Of a stretch of DNA of 64,000 bases, positions 9,733 to 19,717 are shown piece by piece. This stretch comes from a bacterium (GTDB taxonomy: Bacteria; Zhuqueibacterota; Zhuqueibacteria; Oceanimicrobiales; Oceanimicrobiaceae). Below the pieces are notes generated by a model. The model had not been told where the DNA came from. It saw only the letters and a list, made by a program, of their open reading frames with translations, and did no database searches. The stretch is taken from contig JBHHXN010000003.1 in assembly GCA_046757025.1 (NCBI GenBank), positions 35,248 through 99,247 on the forward strand, given 5' to 3'. Made by a program: the position numbers and the translations under genes. Position 1 is the stretch's first letter. Every line of letters begins with the position of its first letter.

Positions 9733-10422
9733 CTACAAATAATTCGGCCGCTCCACATAATCGATGGGATCTTCCACACCGGCCCGCTGAAATCCCCGCA
9801 AGCGAAAACCGCAGCTATCACAGAGCCCGCATGCCGCATCTTCCCGCTGATAACAGGACCAGGTAAGCTCAAACGGCGCCGCCAGCTCCATGCCCTTTTG
9901 CACGATTTCATGTTTTTGTAAATGGATGATGGGCGTGACCAGCTCGATGCGGGTGTCCGGTTTGGTTCCGACTTCCATCACACGCTCAAAGGCATCGTAA
10001 AATTCCCGACGGCAATCGGGGTAGCCGGAGCTGTCTTCTTCAACAGCCCCTACAAAAATGCGGGTGGCGCCAATGACTTCGGCCCAACTGGTAGCGATGG
10101 CCAGAAAATTGGCGTTGCGAAACGGCACGTACGAGCTGGGAATTTCCGGGCTTTCCAGATCGGCTGAGGCCACTTCAAGCTGCTCGTCGGTCAAACTCGA
10201 GCCGCCGATCTGCGCCAGATGCTGCACATCCGCCACCATCGTGTGCTGCGCCTGATAAAAACGAACCAGGTCATGGAAAGCTTTCAGCTCTCTGGCCTGC
10301 GTTTTTTGACCGTAATTCAAATGCAAAAGCGCCAAGCGATTTTTTTGTGCGGCGATGGCCAGGGTCACGGCACTGTCCATGCCGCCACTGACAAGCACCA
10401 CAGCCAATTCTCCCGGCATCAC
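9733..10422 (-). CDS. queC: 7-cyano-7-deazaguanine synthase
   Basis: [39 protein letters not shown]; overlaps queF. Confidence 0.96.
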   Translation of the reverse strand: MMPGELAVVLVSGGMDSAVTLAIAAQKNRLALLHLNYGQKTQARELKAFHDLVRFYQAQHTMVADVQHLAQIGGSSLTDEQLEVASADLESPEIPSSYVPFRNANFLAIATSWAEVIGATRIFVGAVEEDSSGYPDCRREFYDAFERVMEVGTKPDTRIELVTPIIHLQKHEIVQKGMELAAPFELTWSCYQREDAACGLCDSCGFRLRGFQRAGVEDPIDYVERPNYL

Positions 10423-10769
10423 AACGCCTTCGGATAGTCAGCCTGCACCACCGACCGCATGCCGCCGCGCACGGAAAATTCACCCACGACCTCCATCTTT
10501 CTGGGCTGGCAGGCCGCCACTAAATCGTCCAGAATCTTGTTCACCACCGCTTCATAGAAGATACCTTCATTGCGATATTTCAGAAAATAGTATTTCAACG
10601 CCTTCAGCTCCAAACATTTGACATCGGGAACGTATTTTATGGTTATGACGCCAAAATCCGGCAAACCGGTCATGGGACAGACCGAAGTGAATTCGTTATT
10701 TACAATGGTAATGGTGTAATCGCGGTCGGGATATTTATTGTCAAACGTTTCTAATTTAGCCATTTTCAC
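10419..10769 (-). CDS. queF: NADPH-dependent preQ0 reductase (short type I)
   Basis: [35 protein letters not shown]. Confidence 0.93.
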   Translation of the reverse strand: MKMAKLETFDNKYPDRDYTITIVNNEFTSVCPMTGLPDFGVITIKYVPDVKCLELKALKYYFLKYRNEGIFYEAVVNKILDDLVAACQPRKMEVVGEFSVRGGMRSVVQADYPKAL

Positions 10770-10805
10770 CCTGCAATTTTTTTAAAAAATATTAATTGTT
10801 CCACC

Positions 10806-10850
10806 TGTCATCCCGCAATGGTAGGATGACAAAACAGGCTGAACTGATAA
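10806..10850. repeat. Short TGTCATCC...GGATGACA hairpin followed by a GGCTGAAC terminal motif
   Basis: 8-bp inverted repeat at 10806-10831; GGCTGAACTGATAA at 10837-10850 resembles the right TIR of the 28694 element. Confidence 0.5.
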
Positions 10851-10908
10851 AAAAAATAAACATGATAAGCTTAAAAATCAAGCCTTTTCATCAATTGGCT
10901 ATCTGACA

Positions 10909-12792
10909 CTACGGAACCGGGGCAGCGTATTCTGGAGTATTCAATTTCGGCAATTGACCACGCTCACTCAACAATCCCGCCACAAAATCTTTTACGCCAT
11001 CGACCACAGCTTTGGCCAGTTGTTGAACAAAATTGTCATTCAACAAAAGCATTTCGTCGTCAGGGTGCGTAACAAAAGCGCCTTCCACTAAAAAGGAAAT
11101 CAGGCTGGTTTGGCGCGTGACAAAATAAGTGGATACATTGCGGCCGAACGGTTTTAAGCCCAAATTCAGCAATCGATCATAGACGCTTTGCGCCACGTCC
11201 AGCGCATGTGTCATTGTGTAGTAGGTGCTCGTTCCCCTCGGCCGCAGGGGGTCGGTGGCCGGTCCGATGGAATTGTTGTGCAGTGAAATAAACAAATGTG
11301 CTTGCGATTGCACAGCCAGATTCATCCGATTCTGCAGGCTGAGTGTGGTATCGCTGGTGCGCGTTTTGATCACCCTGGCCCCTTCCTGTTTCAGCATCTC
11401 GGCCACATATTCAGCAAATTGCAAATTGAGGTCTTTTTCTAACAAGCCGGTGGGACTTACCGCGCCCTCAAAATGTCCGCCGTGTCCAGCATCCACCGCA
11501 ATGGTCAAGCCCTGGAGAAGCGCCGCATGATTGTTCGACAACTCGGGCGCCTGTCGAATACGCAACCAGAACTGTCGGCCGACATAACGCCCCTGGTATC
11601 CCCATTGCTGTTTTTGCTGAAATTCGATCCGCAGGACAGTTTGTTCGGAGCTTTTCCGACGCCAGAAAAGACGGCTGAAAGTAGGCGTCTCTGGGAGAGT
11701 GAAATCCCACTGTGGCGCCGGGTGCGCGCGGTAAAAGGTGATCTCCAAAGCGGATGGCTCGATGAATTGCGCTATTTTGAAGGGAACGCGTTCTGAAATG
11801 TTGATGCGAAGTTGTGTCCAATCGCCCTCATGCACGACGCCAACACTGCCGAGGGAAGCCATCGGTCGCAGGGTGCCTGGCGGTAGAATTTGCAAGCTGG
11901 CCGAAGCCATAAATCCGATCACATTTTCTGCGACCTTAACCTTGCTAACACCGTCCCGCAGGCCGACAATCTGCAGCTTGATGGCTGCAGGTAGTTCCAT
12001 CAGAATTTCACCGTCGGGTTGGCTTCTGACGACATTTAGGAAATCCTTGGTAATCCCCACAAATGGCACGTTCGCTGGAATGATATGAATTTTACCTCTG
12101 GATTTGAATTTTAATAGCCGTCCACCTTTACCTCGTAGTTTATATTCAATGCGCTTTGGTTTGAAATGATCCACAGAAGGCATGATCACCGAGCCCCGGT
12201 AAACGCCTTTCAAGCCACGGGCATCGGTGTTTTGCAATTCAACCATTTCCCGCTCTCTAACCATTTTAGAAATTGAAAAGCTTGCCCGACCACCCGGGCT
12301 GCCGAAAAATCCCACTTCCAACGCATCGCCAGCGGAAAGATAGACGTCGCTGGTGGGGAAGATTTGTTCATCATCGACGTTGGTTGGCACTTCTGGAAGT
12401 GAAACCCGTGGCAGCGTTCGAAAAACCCGCAGCGTATCTTTAACTTCGCCAAAGCGATCCCGGGCGGTGAACACCAGCAAATTGATGCCGGGCTGCAGGT
12501 CCACCATGCCAACAAATGCCCCCGTGCTGTACACGCGGGGATTTTGATTCTGTACTTCCACGGAAGCGCCGGGCAAAACCGAACCGGCAAATCTCACACG
12601 CTCAAAGTTCAGAGTATCGCCTTCAATGGGAAAGACCAGTCTTAAGCGCAAACGGTCCGGCACCGTTGCCCGATCCCCGTTTTGCGCCGGCAGCGGCCGA
12701 TTGAACCAGCCTGCCGCACAACAAATAATCAAAAGTGGGGTTATATTAAAGCGCATGGATTCGGCTCTTTTTAATTCAAGCGTTGTCTTCAA
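10909..12792 (-). CDS. N-acetylmuramoyl-L-alanine amidase (Amidase_3) with long N-terminal accessory domains
   Basis: C-terminal Zn-amidase motifs VDAGHGG, LLEKDLNL, ISLHNN, FLVEGAF; N-terminal signal peptide. Confidence 0.9.
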   Translation of the reverse strand: MKTTLELKRAESMRFNITPLLIICCAAGWFNRPLPAQNGDRATVPDRLRLRLVFPIEGDTLNFERVRFAGSVLPGASVEVQNQNPRVYSTGAFVGMVDLQPGINLLVFTARDRFGEVKDTLRVFRTLPRVSLPEVPTNVDDEQIFPTSDVYLSAGDALEVGFFGSPGGRASFSISKMVREREMVELQNTDARGLKGVYRGSVIMPSVDHFKPKRIEYKLRGKGGRLLKFKSRGKIHIIPANVPFVGITKDFLNVVRSQPDGEILMELPAAIKLQIVGLRDGVSKVKVAENVIGFMASASLQILPPGTLRPMASLGSVGVVHEGDWTQLRINISERVPFKIAQFIEPSALEITFYRAHPAPQWDFTLPETPTFSRLFWRRKSSEQTVLRIEFQQKQQWGYQGRYVGRQFWLRIRQAPELSNNHAALLQGLTIAVDAGHGGHFEGAVSPTGLLEKDLNLQFAEYVAEMLKQEGARVIKTRTSDTTLSLQNRMNLAVQSQAHLFISLHNNSIGPATDPLRPRGTSTYYTMTHALDVAQSVYDRLLNLGLKPFGRNVSTYFVTRQTSLISFLVEGAFVTHPDDEMLLLNDNFVQQLAKAVVDGVKDFVAGLLSERGQLPKLNTPEYAAPVP

Positions 12793-12844
12793 TTAAACTC
12801 AAACACATCCAGACGCGTATTTCACCGCAAAGATGGTGCGTTAA

Positions 12845-12897
12845 TAGATTCTTTGTTCTGGATTTCTCAGAGATTGTCTCTGACTATTTATTCATAA
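12845..12897. repeat. 53-bp dispersed repeat, copy 1 (copy 2 at 24328-24380)
   Basis: TAGATTCTTTGTTCTGGATTTCTCAGAGATTGTCTCTGACTATTTATTCATAA; 47/53 identical to copy 2; TCAGAGA/TCTCTGA hairpin. Confidence 0.75.
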
Positions 12898-12934
12898 CAG
12901 CTGCGGATTTGATTTTAAGTAACAGCCCTATTTT

Positions 12935-13053
12935 ACCCCTACGGGGTTCGCTCACCAAGCGAAGCGATGTTTTGCACGAAATCACCCCATAGGGGTGGCA
13001 TGTTTATAGTTCTGGGCCATCCCGAAAATCCAAAAACTCCCGACGGGTCGGGA
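12935..13053. repeat. Cluster of three short GC palindromes (GTAG-type REP/REPIN-like remnant)
   Basis: ACCCCTACGGGGT (12935-47), CACCCCATAGGGGTG followed by GCATGTTTATAG (12983-13009), TCCCGAC-GG-GTCGGGA (13038-53). Confidence 0.55.
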
Positions 13054-13174
13054 TTAAATATCATGAGAACGCATTTATGGAAAAAAAGGGCATTTATCAT
13101 TTTCAAATATTTTTGTCTAGAATTCCCTTTTTGATTAATCGGTTAAATATTTCAGCAGTTAACTCCTCAAAATC

Positions 13175-13210
13175 AAAAAAAATCCCCAGACACTTATGTC
13201 CAGGGATTTT
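13175..13210 (-). terminator. Intrinsic terminator
   Basis: Minus strand AAAATCCCTGGACA-TAAG-TGTCTGGGGATTTT followed by a T-tract. Confidence 0.7.
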
Positions 13211-13450
13211 CGAGGAGGAAGGTAGAAAAACAAGTATTTATTTTGTCTAATTTAATTTCTTTTCTATTCATATAACAATGGCTCGTCGCTTTTTCTTCCC
13301 TGTTTTTTATTTATGCTAAATAAAATATTCCTCTATTCTATTAAAGATTTTCCGTTTCGTTCCGATTAATATATCCAAAACCACCATAATAAATTGAAAG
13401 GAAATCTCTATTCCCGGTCAAGGATGACAAATTAAATTACACGGATGTTG

Positions 13451-13491
13451 AAAAAAAAGAAGCGACCTGAATTCAAGGTCGCTTTTTTTTT
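13451..13491. terminator. Bidirectional intrinsic terminator downstream of the HAD gene at 13647
   Basis: A-tract, AGCGACC-9 nt loop-GGTCGCT, T-tract. Confidence 0.8.
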
Positions 13492-13646
13492 GCCAATGTT
13501 TGACTTGTGTCTCTACCCGTAAGATCGGTTAGTTTATTGAATCCGTGCAAATACCGCTGACAGCTCTGCTCGATGACTCCTGGTGAATGCCAAGGAGTTA
13601 ATAGATTCATCGAAAGCTCATTCAACTATTCCCATCCCGAGCAATC

Positions 13647-14330
13647 TCAAGCATCGATTATCTGCAGAAATTTCCCGCTATCCGACAAATCATGAAATAG
13701 ATAATCCGGTTGCGAGGCCTGCAGGTGCTCGTAATTAAAAAGACCAGTGGCCACCGCAATGCTTCTGGCACCAAACGGTCGGGCGCAGGCCACGTCCAGG
13801 GGCGTGTCTCCGATGATGAAAACATCTTTAAAGTCGATTTCCTCACCGATTTGTGCGGTTAATCTTTGCACGGCAAACCGCGGCAGCTCCGAACGCAGCT
13901 CGGCGTCGTCTGCGTATGCACCGAGTGTAAAAAAGTGCTGGAGATTAAAATGCTCCAATTTGATCCGCGCCCCTTCGCGCCAATTGCCGGTGAGCAAGCC
14001 CAGCTTGATATCGGCACGCGCACTCAACAGATTGAGCAGCTCCGGGACCCCGAGCTCAATGCGCTTGTTCTTGTGGGGTTTTTTGATTTCGATTTGTAAA
14101 TTTGTGAAATAATGCTGCTTGAATTCCTGCTCAATTGTTTCCTGCCAGGACAACTGATGAAAACGCAACGCATCTTTAAAAATAGCCCGATCCGTGCGAC
14201 CGGCAAAATCGACTTTTTCAAGACCGTTGCTGCTGCCAAACAATTTCTCAAAAGCCAGTGTCATGGAGCGCCGGCCGGCGCCCGCGGTGTTGATGAGCGT
14301 TAAATCCACGTCAAAGAGAAGCAATTTCAT
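13647..14330 (-). CDS. HAD-family hydrolase (phosphoglycolate phosphatase-like)
   Basis: LFDVDLTL, FAGRTD, LLTGN, IIGDTPLDV. Confidence 0.88.
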   Translation of the reverse strand: MKLLLFDVDLTLINTAGAGRRSMTLAFEKLFGSSNGLEKVDFAGRTDRAIFKDALRFHQLSWQETIEQEFKQHYFTNLQIEIKKPHKNKRIELGVPELLNLLSARADIKLGLLTGNWREGARIKLEHFNLQHFFTLGAYADDAELRSELPRFAVQRLTAQIGEEIDFKDVFIIGDTPLDVACARPFGARSIAVATGLFNYEHLQASQPDYLFHDLSDSGKFLQIIDA

Positions 14331-14469
14331 GGAAGCATTTCCTTCAGGTAAATCAATTCGTTTAATAGAAGTTAAGCAATTTATTTAACAAAATCAAATT
14401 GCATTGCACAATCACAATATCTTGAAGTCTGGAATGAGTTTACAATCGCGTCGATTTATGCCTGAATCA

Positions 14470-15672
14470 TCAACAATGGCCGTTGGCCATTTTCACAGCC
14501 TGCGGTAGTTTTCTCAGGCGTGCCATGGCCAGACTACCCATGAACGGGCCCAAACTCAGCATGCCAAATGCCAGCGGCCACCCGCCCGCATTTTGAAAGA
14601 GCGGGACCAGCCGAATGGACAGCATGGTCAGCAAAAAACCGATGCTGGTTTGCAGTGTCAGCACCGTGCCCATGAACTGCGGTTCGCACAGCTCCGAGGC
14701 CGCTGCGGAAAATTGCGCCGAATCTGCCACCACCGTCACCCCCCACACCAAACAAACCGCCAGAATCAGCAGCGGATGGCCTGCGGGTAAAAATCCCACC
14801 AGCAAACAGCACAAACCACTCGTCGTCATGGCGGAGATGGTAGAGCGGCTGCGGCCGATTTTATCGGCCCAGAGGCCGTACATCACACAGCCGAGGGCGC
14901 CGGAAGCAATGACCATAAACGCCCAGAAGCCAGGCGACCACCGCGCCAGGAACGAATTCGAGACCTGCAATTCCAGCAAAAAAAGAGGAATCCAGGTCCA
15001 CATGGCGTAAAGCTCCCACATGTGCCCGAAATAGCCAAAGTACGCCAGCCGAAGGGGGCGGTCTTTAAACACAGTGAGAAAATATTGGAAATTGAACTTT
15101 TGAGCGGGCAGGTTGTACGGGCCATCTGCCACAAAGAGCAGCACGATAAAAGCCGCCGCTGCCGACAAGATCGAGCTCACCAGAATAGTGGACTGCCACC
15201 GATGCTGCAAAAACGATCCCACCAGATGCGGCAGGGCCGAACCGATGGTGAGCGCCGCGATGAGCGAGCCGATGGCCACGCCCCGACCCTGCTTAAACCA
15301 GCCGGCGATGATCTTCATGCCCGGCGGATACACCCCGGCCAGGAAAACACCGGTGAGAAAACGCAGCAACAGCGCCATCCAGAAAACGCCCGGCAGCCAG
15401 GCAAAAACCGCGTTCATCGCTGCCGATGCCAGTGCCGAGATAAAAAATAATCGCCGGGTATTGAAAACATCGGCTAAATTGGCCACCGCTATTACCAGCG
15501 TGCCGAAAACAAATCCCAATTGCACCGCCATCATCAGCCAGGCGATCTGACCATCGGTCAAACTCCATGCCAGTTTTAACACCGGACTCACTGCCGCTGC
15601 ACTAAACCACACTGTCATGGCCAGCAATTCAGCGCCGCTCAAAAGGAGTAACATTTTCCAGGCTCGAGACAC
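14470..15672 (-). CDS. Major facilitator superfamily transporter
   Basis: About 12 hydrophobic segments; LADVFNTRR and WADKIGRSR loop motifs; GVYPPGMK; GTG start with AAGGAG RBS. Confidence 0.9.
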   Translation of the reverse strand: MSRAWKMLLLLSGAELLAMTVWFSAAAVSPVLKLAWSLTDGQIAWLMMAVQLGFVFGTLVIAVANLADVFNTRRLFFISALASAAMNAVFAWLPGVFWMALLLRFLTGVFLAGVYPPGMKIIAGWFKQGRGVAIGSLIAALTIGSALPHLVGSFLQHRWQSTILVSSILSAAAAFIVLLFVADGPYNLPAQKFNFQYFLTVFKDRPLRLAYFGYFGHMWELYAMWTWIPLFLLELQVSNSFLARWSPGFWAFMVIASGALGCVMYGLWADKIGRSRSTISAMTTSGLCCLLVGFLPAGHPLLILAVCLVWGVTVVADSAQFSAAASELCEPQFMGTVLTLQTSIGFLLTMLSIRLVPLFQNAGGWPLAFGMLSLGPFMGSLAMARLRKLPQAVKMANGHC

Positions 15673-15693
15673 ACCAACTCCTTCTTAGTTAGT

Positions 15694-15763
15694 GGCTGAA
15701 CGGATACTCATCAAACGCCCTGTCATTACGAGTCCCGCGTTTTGTGCGAGACGAAGCAATCTC
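15694..15763. repeat. GGCTGAAC terminal motif plus half of a GTCATT..CGAAGCAATCTC (CGTC-type) repeat
   Basis: GGCTGAACGGATAC 15694-15707; TGTCATTACGAG 15721-32; ACGAAGCAATCTC 15751-63. Confidence 0.45.
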
Positions 15764-15980
15764 CTGCCGTGCCTAATAAGATGGAGATTGCATTCCCGAA
15801 AATCGGGACTCATAATGACATCATCCTCTTTGATTTCTTTCGTTTTCGCTCAAACATTACTTATTTGTTTAAAAACAAGACAACTGATTTTATCGCGCGA
15901 ACATTCCGACCTCCCACTTCCCCTTTTCTACAACGCTTGTGCGTAAAAATTGAGATCATCCCAGCTCGCGATCGGCAAAC

Positions 15981-16020
15981 AAAAAAAGCGCTCACTCGCA
16001 TCTCACCCGAGCGACCGCTT
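15981..16020 (-). terminator. Probable intrinsic terminator downstream of the STAS gene
   Basis: Minus strand AAGCG-GTCGCTCG...CGAGTGAG-CGCTT followed by a T-tract. Confidence 0.55.
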
Positions 16021-16087
16021 AAAACTCATTTTTAAATGCGAAAAATTAATCTTGCATCAGATCAAAAAAACCCTCACCCCAAACAGG

Positions 16088-16432
16088 TCAGAAGCCTTTC
16101 AATGCATCGGATTCGCTGTGGAAATGCTTCATGTATTTGGTCAATCCAACCATATCGAAAATTTTCTGGAAATGCTCGGTGAGACCCCAGGTGCGAATAG
16201 TCTGTCCTTTTTTTCGGCTTTGAGTCAGAATGCCGATAATGATGGCCATGCCTGCGCTGTTTATGTAGGAGACCTTTTCAAAATTTAATCCGATTTTAAT
16301 CATTCCGTCGGCGGTGAATTTTTCATAGGCGTCCTGGAGAACTTTTTCAGAAAAACTGGTTACTTCACCGCTGATATCGATTATGCCAATTTTTTTTATC
16401 ACCCGTGTTTCCACTTGCGTGGACTGCTGCAT
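16088..16432 (-). CDS. STAS-domain anti-sigma factor antagonist
   Basis: IIDISGEV, LNFEKVSYINSAG (phosphorylatable Ser), FQKIFDMVGL. Confidence 0.88.
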   Translation of the reverse strand: MQQSTQVETRVIKKIGIIDISGEVTSFSEKVLQDAYEKFTADGMIKIGLNFEKVSYINSAGMAIIIGILTQSRKKGQTIRTWGLTEHFQKIFDMVGLTKYMKHFHSESDALKGF

Positions 16433-16508
16433 AAAATCCTCCAGATATTTTTACTCGTTTGTTTTAATGCCTTTAAATAACAAAATTATATTCAATTAAT
16501 CAACTCAA

Positions 16509-17426
16509 TTATGCTTTGTTGGAAATAAATAATCCATTCAGCCAAACTGCCGCCATGCGAAAGATGGCGGTTAAAAAAAATAACCCACCAAAAAGTGCCT
16601 TCCAAACGCCCGCCATCTTCCCTTTTTTGTGTTTTTTAAAATAGTCGTAAAAGGAGCGGTGGGACGACCAGATCATTTTCAAACGATGCTGCTGAACACT
16701 CACTCCCTGATGATGAATGACTTTCGCGGCGGGCTCGAAAAGGATATCGATGCCTTGGGACTTTACCCGCAGACACCAGTCCACGTCGCTAAAAAATATG
16801 GGAAATTGTTCATCCCACAAACCCGTACTCTCTAAAACCTCCCGCCGAAACATCAAACAAGCCCCCTGCGGCTGGTCCACGCTTTTGGTTTGCCGGTGAT
16901 CAAAGTCTGCCATCTTCCAGCGATTGAAGACGTCGTTTTGCTGAAACAGATAACTCAAGCCGGCGATCTCGAACAACACATCACGGTAGCCGGGAAAGCG
17001 GCGGCAAGAGGGCTGCACCGTGCCGTCCGGGTTCACCAATTGGGGCGCCACCACGCCCACGTTCGGCTCTCTCTCTAAAGCGGATTTTAACGTGTGCAAA
17101 CAACTCGGTTGCACTTCTGTGTCAGGATTTAAAACGAGAATGAACCGGCCCGAACACTTTTTCAGTCCCTGATTCAGCGCACGAGTGAATCCTAGATTTT
17201 TTTCATTCAACTGGATGCTGCCCGAAAAATTCGGATTTTGTATTTGAAGCCAAATTTCCTGAATAATTTTTCGGGTGTGATCCTGAGAGTGGTTATCCAC
17301 CAGAAAAATTTCATGTTGGTATTCCGCAATTTCGCCAGCCAGAGCCAGCAAGCACGCGGTGATTTGTTTTTCATTGCAGTACGTAACGATAACCACCGAC
17401 AGCTCGACAGTACTTTCACTCGACAC
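16509..17426 (-). CDS. Glycosyltransferase family 2
   Basis: SVVIVTY, VDNHSQD, NLGF, LVLNPD, FSDVDWC. Confidence 0.9.
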   Translation of the reverse strand: MSSESTVELSVVIVTYCNEKQITACLLALAGEIAEYQHEIFLVDNHSQDHTRKIIQEIWLQIQNPNFSGSIQLNEKNLGFTRALNQGLKKCSGRFILVLNPDTEVQPSCLHTLKSALEREPNVGVVAPQLVNPDGTVQPSCRRFPGYRDVLFEIAGLSYLFQQNDVFNRWKMADFDHRQTKSVDQPQGACLMFRREVLESTGLWDEQFPIFFSDVDWCLRVKSQGIDILFEPAAKVIHHQGVSVQQHRLKMIWSSHRSFYDYFKKHKKGKMAGVWKALFGGLFFLTAIFRMAAVWLNGLFISNKA

Positions 17427-18486
17427 AAACCAGCTCCCGTGAAATGGGGGTTAAATTTTCCACGCCATGGGCGGTGACCACAAAATCGTCCTCCACACGT
17501 ACGCCACCAAGGTTGGGCAAATAGATGCCGGGCTCCAGAGCCAGAACCTGCCCAGCCTGCACGACATCCGTGCTGCGCTCGCCGATACGCGGTAACGCAT
17601 GCAGTTCCAGGCCCAGCCCATGTCCCAGAGAGTGTTGAAAGCCGTCTCCGAAACCCGCTTGTTCGATAAATTCTCGAGCCACGAAATCCAAATCTTTCCC
17701 AATCATTCCCGCATGCACGGCGTTTTGTGCTTCGAATAATGCTTCTGTCACAATCCGCGCCATTTCCGCCTGCGTGCTGGTGGGTTTCCCCAACACGCAG
17801 GTACGCGTGAAATCCGCTACGTAACCGTTCACCTGGGCGCCAAAATCCACGATGACCAATTCGCCTGCCTGCATTTTTTTGTCAGATGCCTGGGCATGTG
17901 GCATGGCCGATCGCGGGCCGCTGGCCACGATGGGTGCGAAGGGCTCCCTTTCGCAGCTACGTATTTTGGTTTTGTAGGAAATCTCAACCGCCAGCTCCAC
18001 CTCCCGCAATCCCGGCCGCAGCAATTCCACAACTTCGTGCCAGACGTCGCAAACAATTGAGGCCGCTTTTCGCAGGCTTTGTATTTCGCCAGCATCTTTC
18101 ACGCTGGCGATTCGTTCGACGATTCGTTCGGATGCGATGAATTTAATTTGGGGAAATAATTTGGTGAGATTGGTGTAATGTTTCACCGGCAAATGCTCAG
18201 CTTCAAATCCGAGCCGGAAGCCGGTCTTTGGTTGCAACGTGGCCGGCAATTCAGAAAACAAATCGCGCGCCGCAACGAGGATCTCGGCGTCCTGCACCTC
18301 TGTTTGCACTTGTCGGCGATAGCGGCGGTCGGTCACCAAAAAACAAAGGTCGGATGCAATCAAAGCGATAGCATTCGACCCCGTAAATCCAAACAAATAT
18401 CTGATATTGACCAAAGAAGTGATGAGAAAGGCATGAAGGTTGAAATGCTGCATGCGCTTTCTGACTTGCTCAATCCTTTGGCGCAT
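17416..18486 (-). CDS. Xaa-Pro peptidase (M24 family)
   Basis: VDFGA..NGYVADFTRT, HSLGHGLG..LHA, ALEPGIY, GVRVEDD. Confidence 0.92.
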   Translation of the reverse strand: MRQRIEQVRKRMQHFNLHAFLITSLVNIRYLFGFTGSNAIALIASDLCFLVTDRRYRRQVQTEVQDAEILVAARDLFSELPATLQPKTGFRLGFEAEHLPVKHYTNLTKLFPQIKFIASERIVERIASVKDAGEIQSLRKAASIVCDVWHEVVELLRPGLREVELAVEISYKTKIRSCEREPFAPIVASGPRSAMPHAQASDKKMQAGELVIVDFGAQVNGYVADFTRTCVLGKPTSTQAEMARIVTEALFEAQNAVHAGMIGKDLDFVAREFIEQAGFGDGFQHSLGHGLGLELHALPRIGERSTDVVQAGQVLALEPGIYLPNLGGVRVEDDFVVTAHGVENLTPISRELVCVE

Positions 18487-19690
18487 CCCGGGATTCTTCT
18501 AACTTTTTTTTCAGGATCTCGATTTTTTGACTGTACACCTGATTGTCTGGATGTTTTTTCACCAACAATTCAAAGACTCCGATGGCTTTCGCATATTGTC
18601 CTTGAGCGGCGTAAATTTCACCCAGCGTGGGGGTGACGATCTTTTCCCGCACCGGTTTTTGCGGAGGTTCGGGTTCGATCAAATCTTCGTCGGCTTTTTC
18701 TTCAACAGACGGCGGCCGAAACGTGAAGGCGTCTGCCCCCGAAGGCTCAGCCACAAAAGGCTTTTGAACTTCCGGCTCCTCAGGTTTAACTTCTCTCTGT
18801 GGTTCCTCAGAAAAAATATTGACAGCGGCGTCCTCCCGGGCAACCGGGGTTTCTGCTTCCGCAGCATTCTCCTGAAAGGGCTCCATTTCATCGAGATAGC
18901 TTTCGCGGTTTTGCTCCAGATCAGAAATAAACTCATCTAGCGACGACGCAGTTTCCTCGCCTTCCGGCGCGATTTCAAGCTCTTCTTTCACCACCTCGTC
19001 CCTGAAAATGTCATCCAGAATATCGGAAAATTCGTCGGCTTTGTCTTCGTCTATGTCCGGAGTTGGAGGCGCTGGCAAATCGATTTCAAAAGGTTCGGGC
19101 TCCATCTCCGCTTTGCTTTCTACTTCTTTTACATGAAGGTCCCTTCCCTCTTGCTCTTCTTGCGGTTCCACTTCCACTTCGGGTATGGCCGCCATGGGTT
19201 CGATAGCGTCGAAATCGATCTCGGCGGTGTCGGTGGAGGGCGCTACTCCGTGCGTTTCCTCTTCTTCGGTCGGGCTGCGCAGAAAGTGGTCACCCACGCG
19301 ACTGCGCGCCACTTCATCCAGCGGATCGATTTCGAGAATTTTTTTGTAGCTCATTTCACAGGTGTTTTCCCAACCGATTTCTTCCATCAAATCGCCGTAC
19401 AATTTGTGCGCGGAGAGATATTTGGGATCGAAACGCAGAACGCGCTTGAATTCCTGCTCCGCCTGGTCGAACAGTTTGTTGGCCAGATAGCATTTCCCCA
19501 GCACCAAGTGCCCGGTCACGTAGTAAGGGTGCTTTTTGATGCCCTCTTCACAAATTTGAATGGCCTGCTCAACCTTTTGTTTTTTTAAGTAGATATCGGC
19601 CAGGCGTGCAAATAATATAGAATCGGGATGCTTTTGCAAATGCTCCTCAAAAAATTGCATATCGTTGTCAATATCCTTTGACATGTTCAC
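18470..19690 (-). CDS. Tetratricopeptide-repeat protein with a long acidic linker
   Basis: N-terminal TPRs (FARLADIY...YVTGHLVLGKCY), acidic Pro-rich middle, C-terminal IVTPTLGEIYAAQGQ TPR. Confidence 0.8.
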   Translation of the reverse strand: MNMSKDIDNDMQFFEEHLQKHPDSILFARLADIYLKKQKVEQAIQICEEGIKKHPYYVTGHLVLGKCYLANKLFDQAEQEFKRVLRFDPKYLSAHKLYGDLMEEIGWENTCEMSYKKILEIDPLDEVARSRVGDHFLRSPTEEEETHGVAPSTDTAEIDFDAIEPMAAIPEVEVEPQEEQEGRDLHVKEVESKAEMEPEPFEIDLPAPPTPDIDEDKADEFSDILDDIFRDEVVKEELEIAPEGEETASSLDEFISDLEQNRESYLDEMEPFQENAAEAETPVAREDAAVNIFSEEPQREVKPEEPEVQKPFVAEPSGADAFTFRPPSVEEKADEDLIEPEPPQKPVREKIVTPTLGEIYAAQGQYAKAIGVFELLVKKHPDNQVYSQKIEILKKKLEESRDAPKD

Positions 19691-19717
19691 TCAATCCAAC
19701 TATGATTACAAAATGAT

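Noticed and set aside
10770-10908. preQ1 riboswitch upstream of queF-queC
   Set aside because: No preQ1-I stem, GUUC loop or A-rich tail could be matched; the hairpin present belongs to the GTCAT...ATGAC repeat family.
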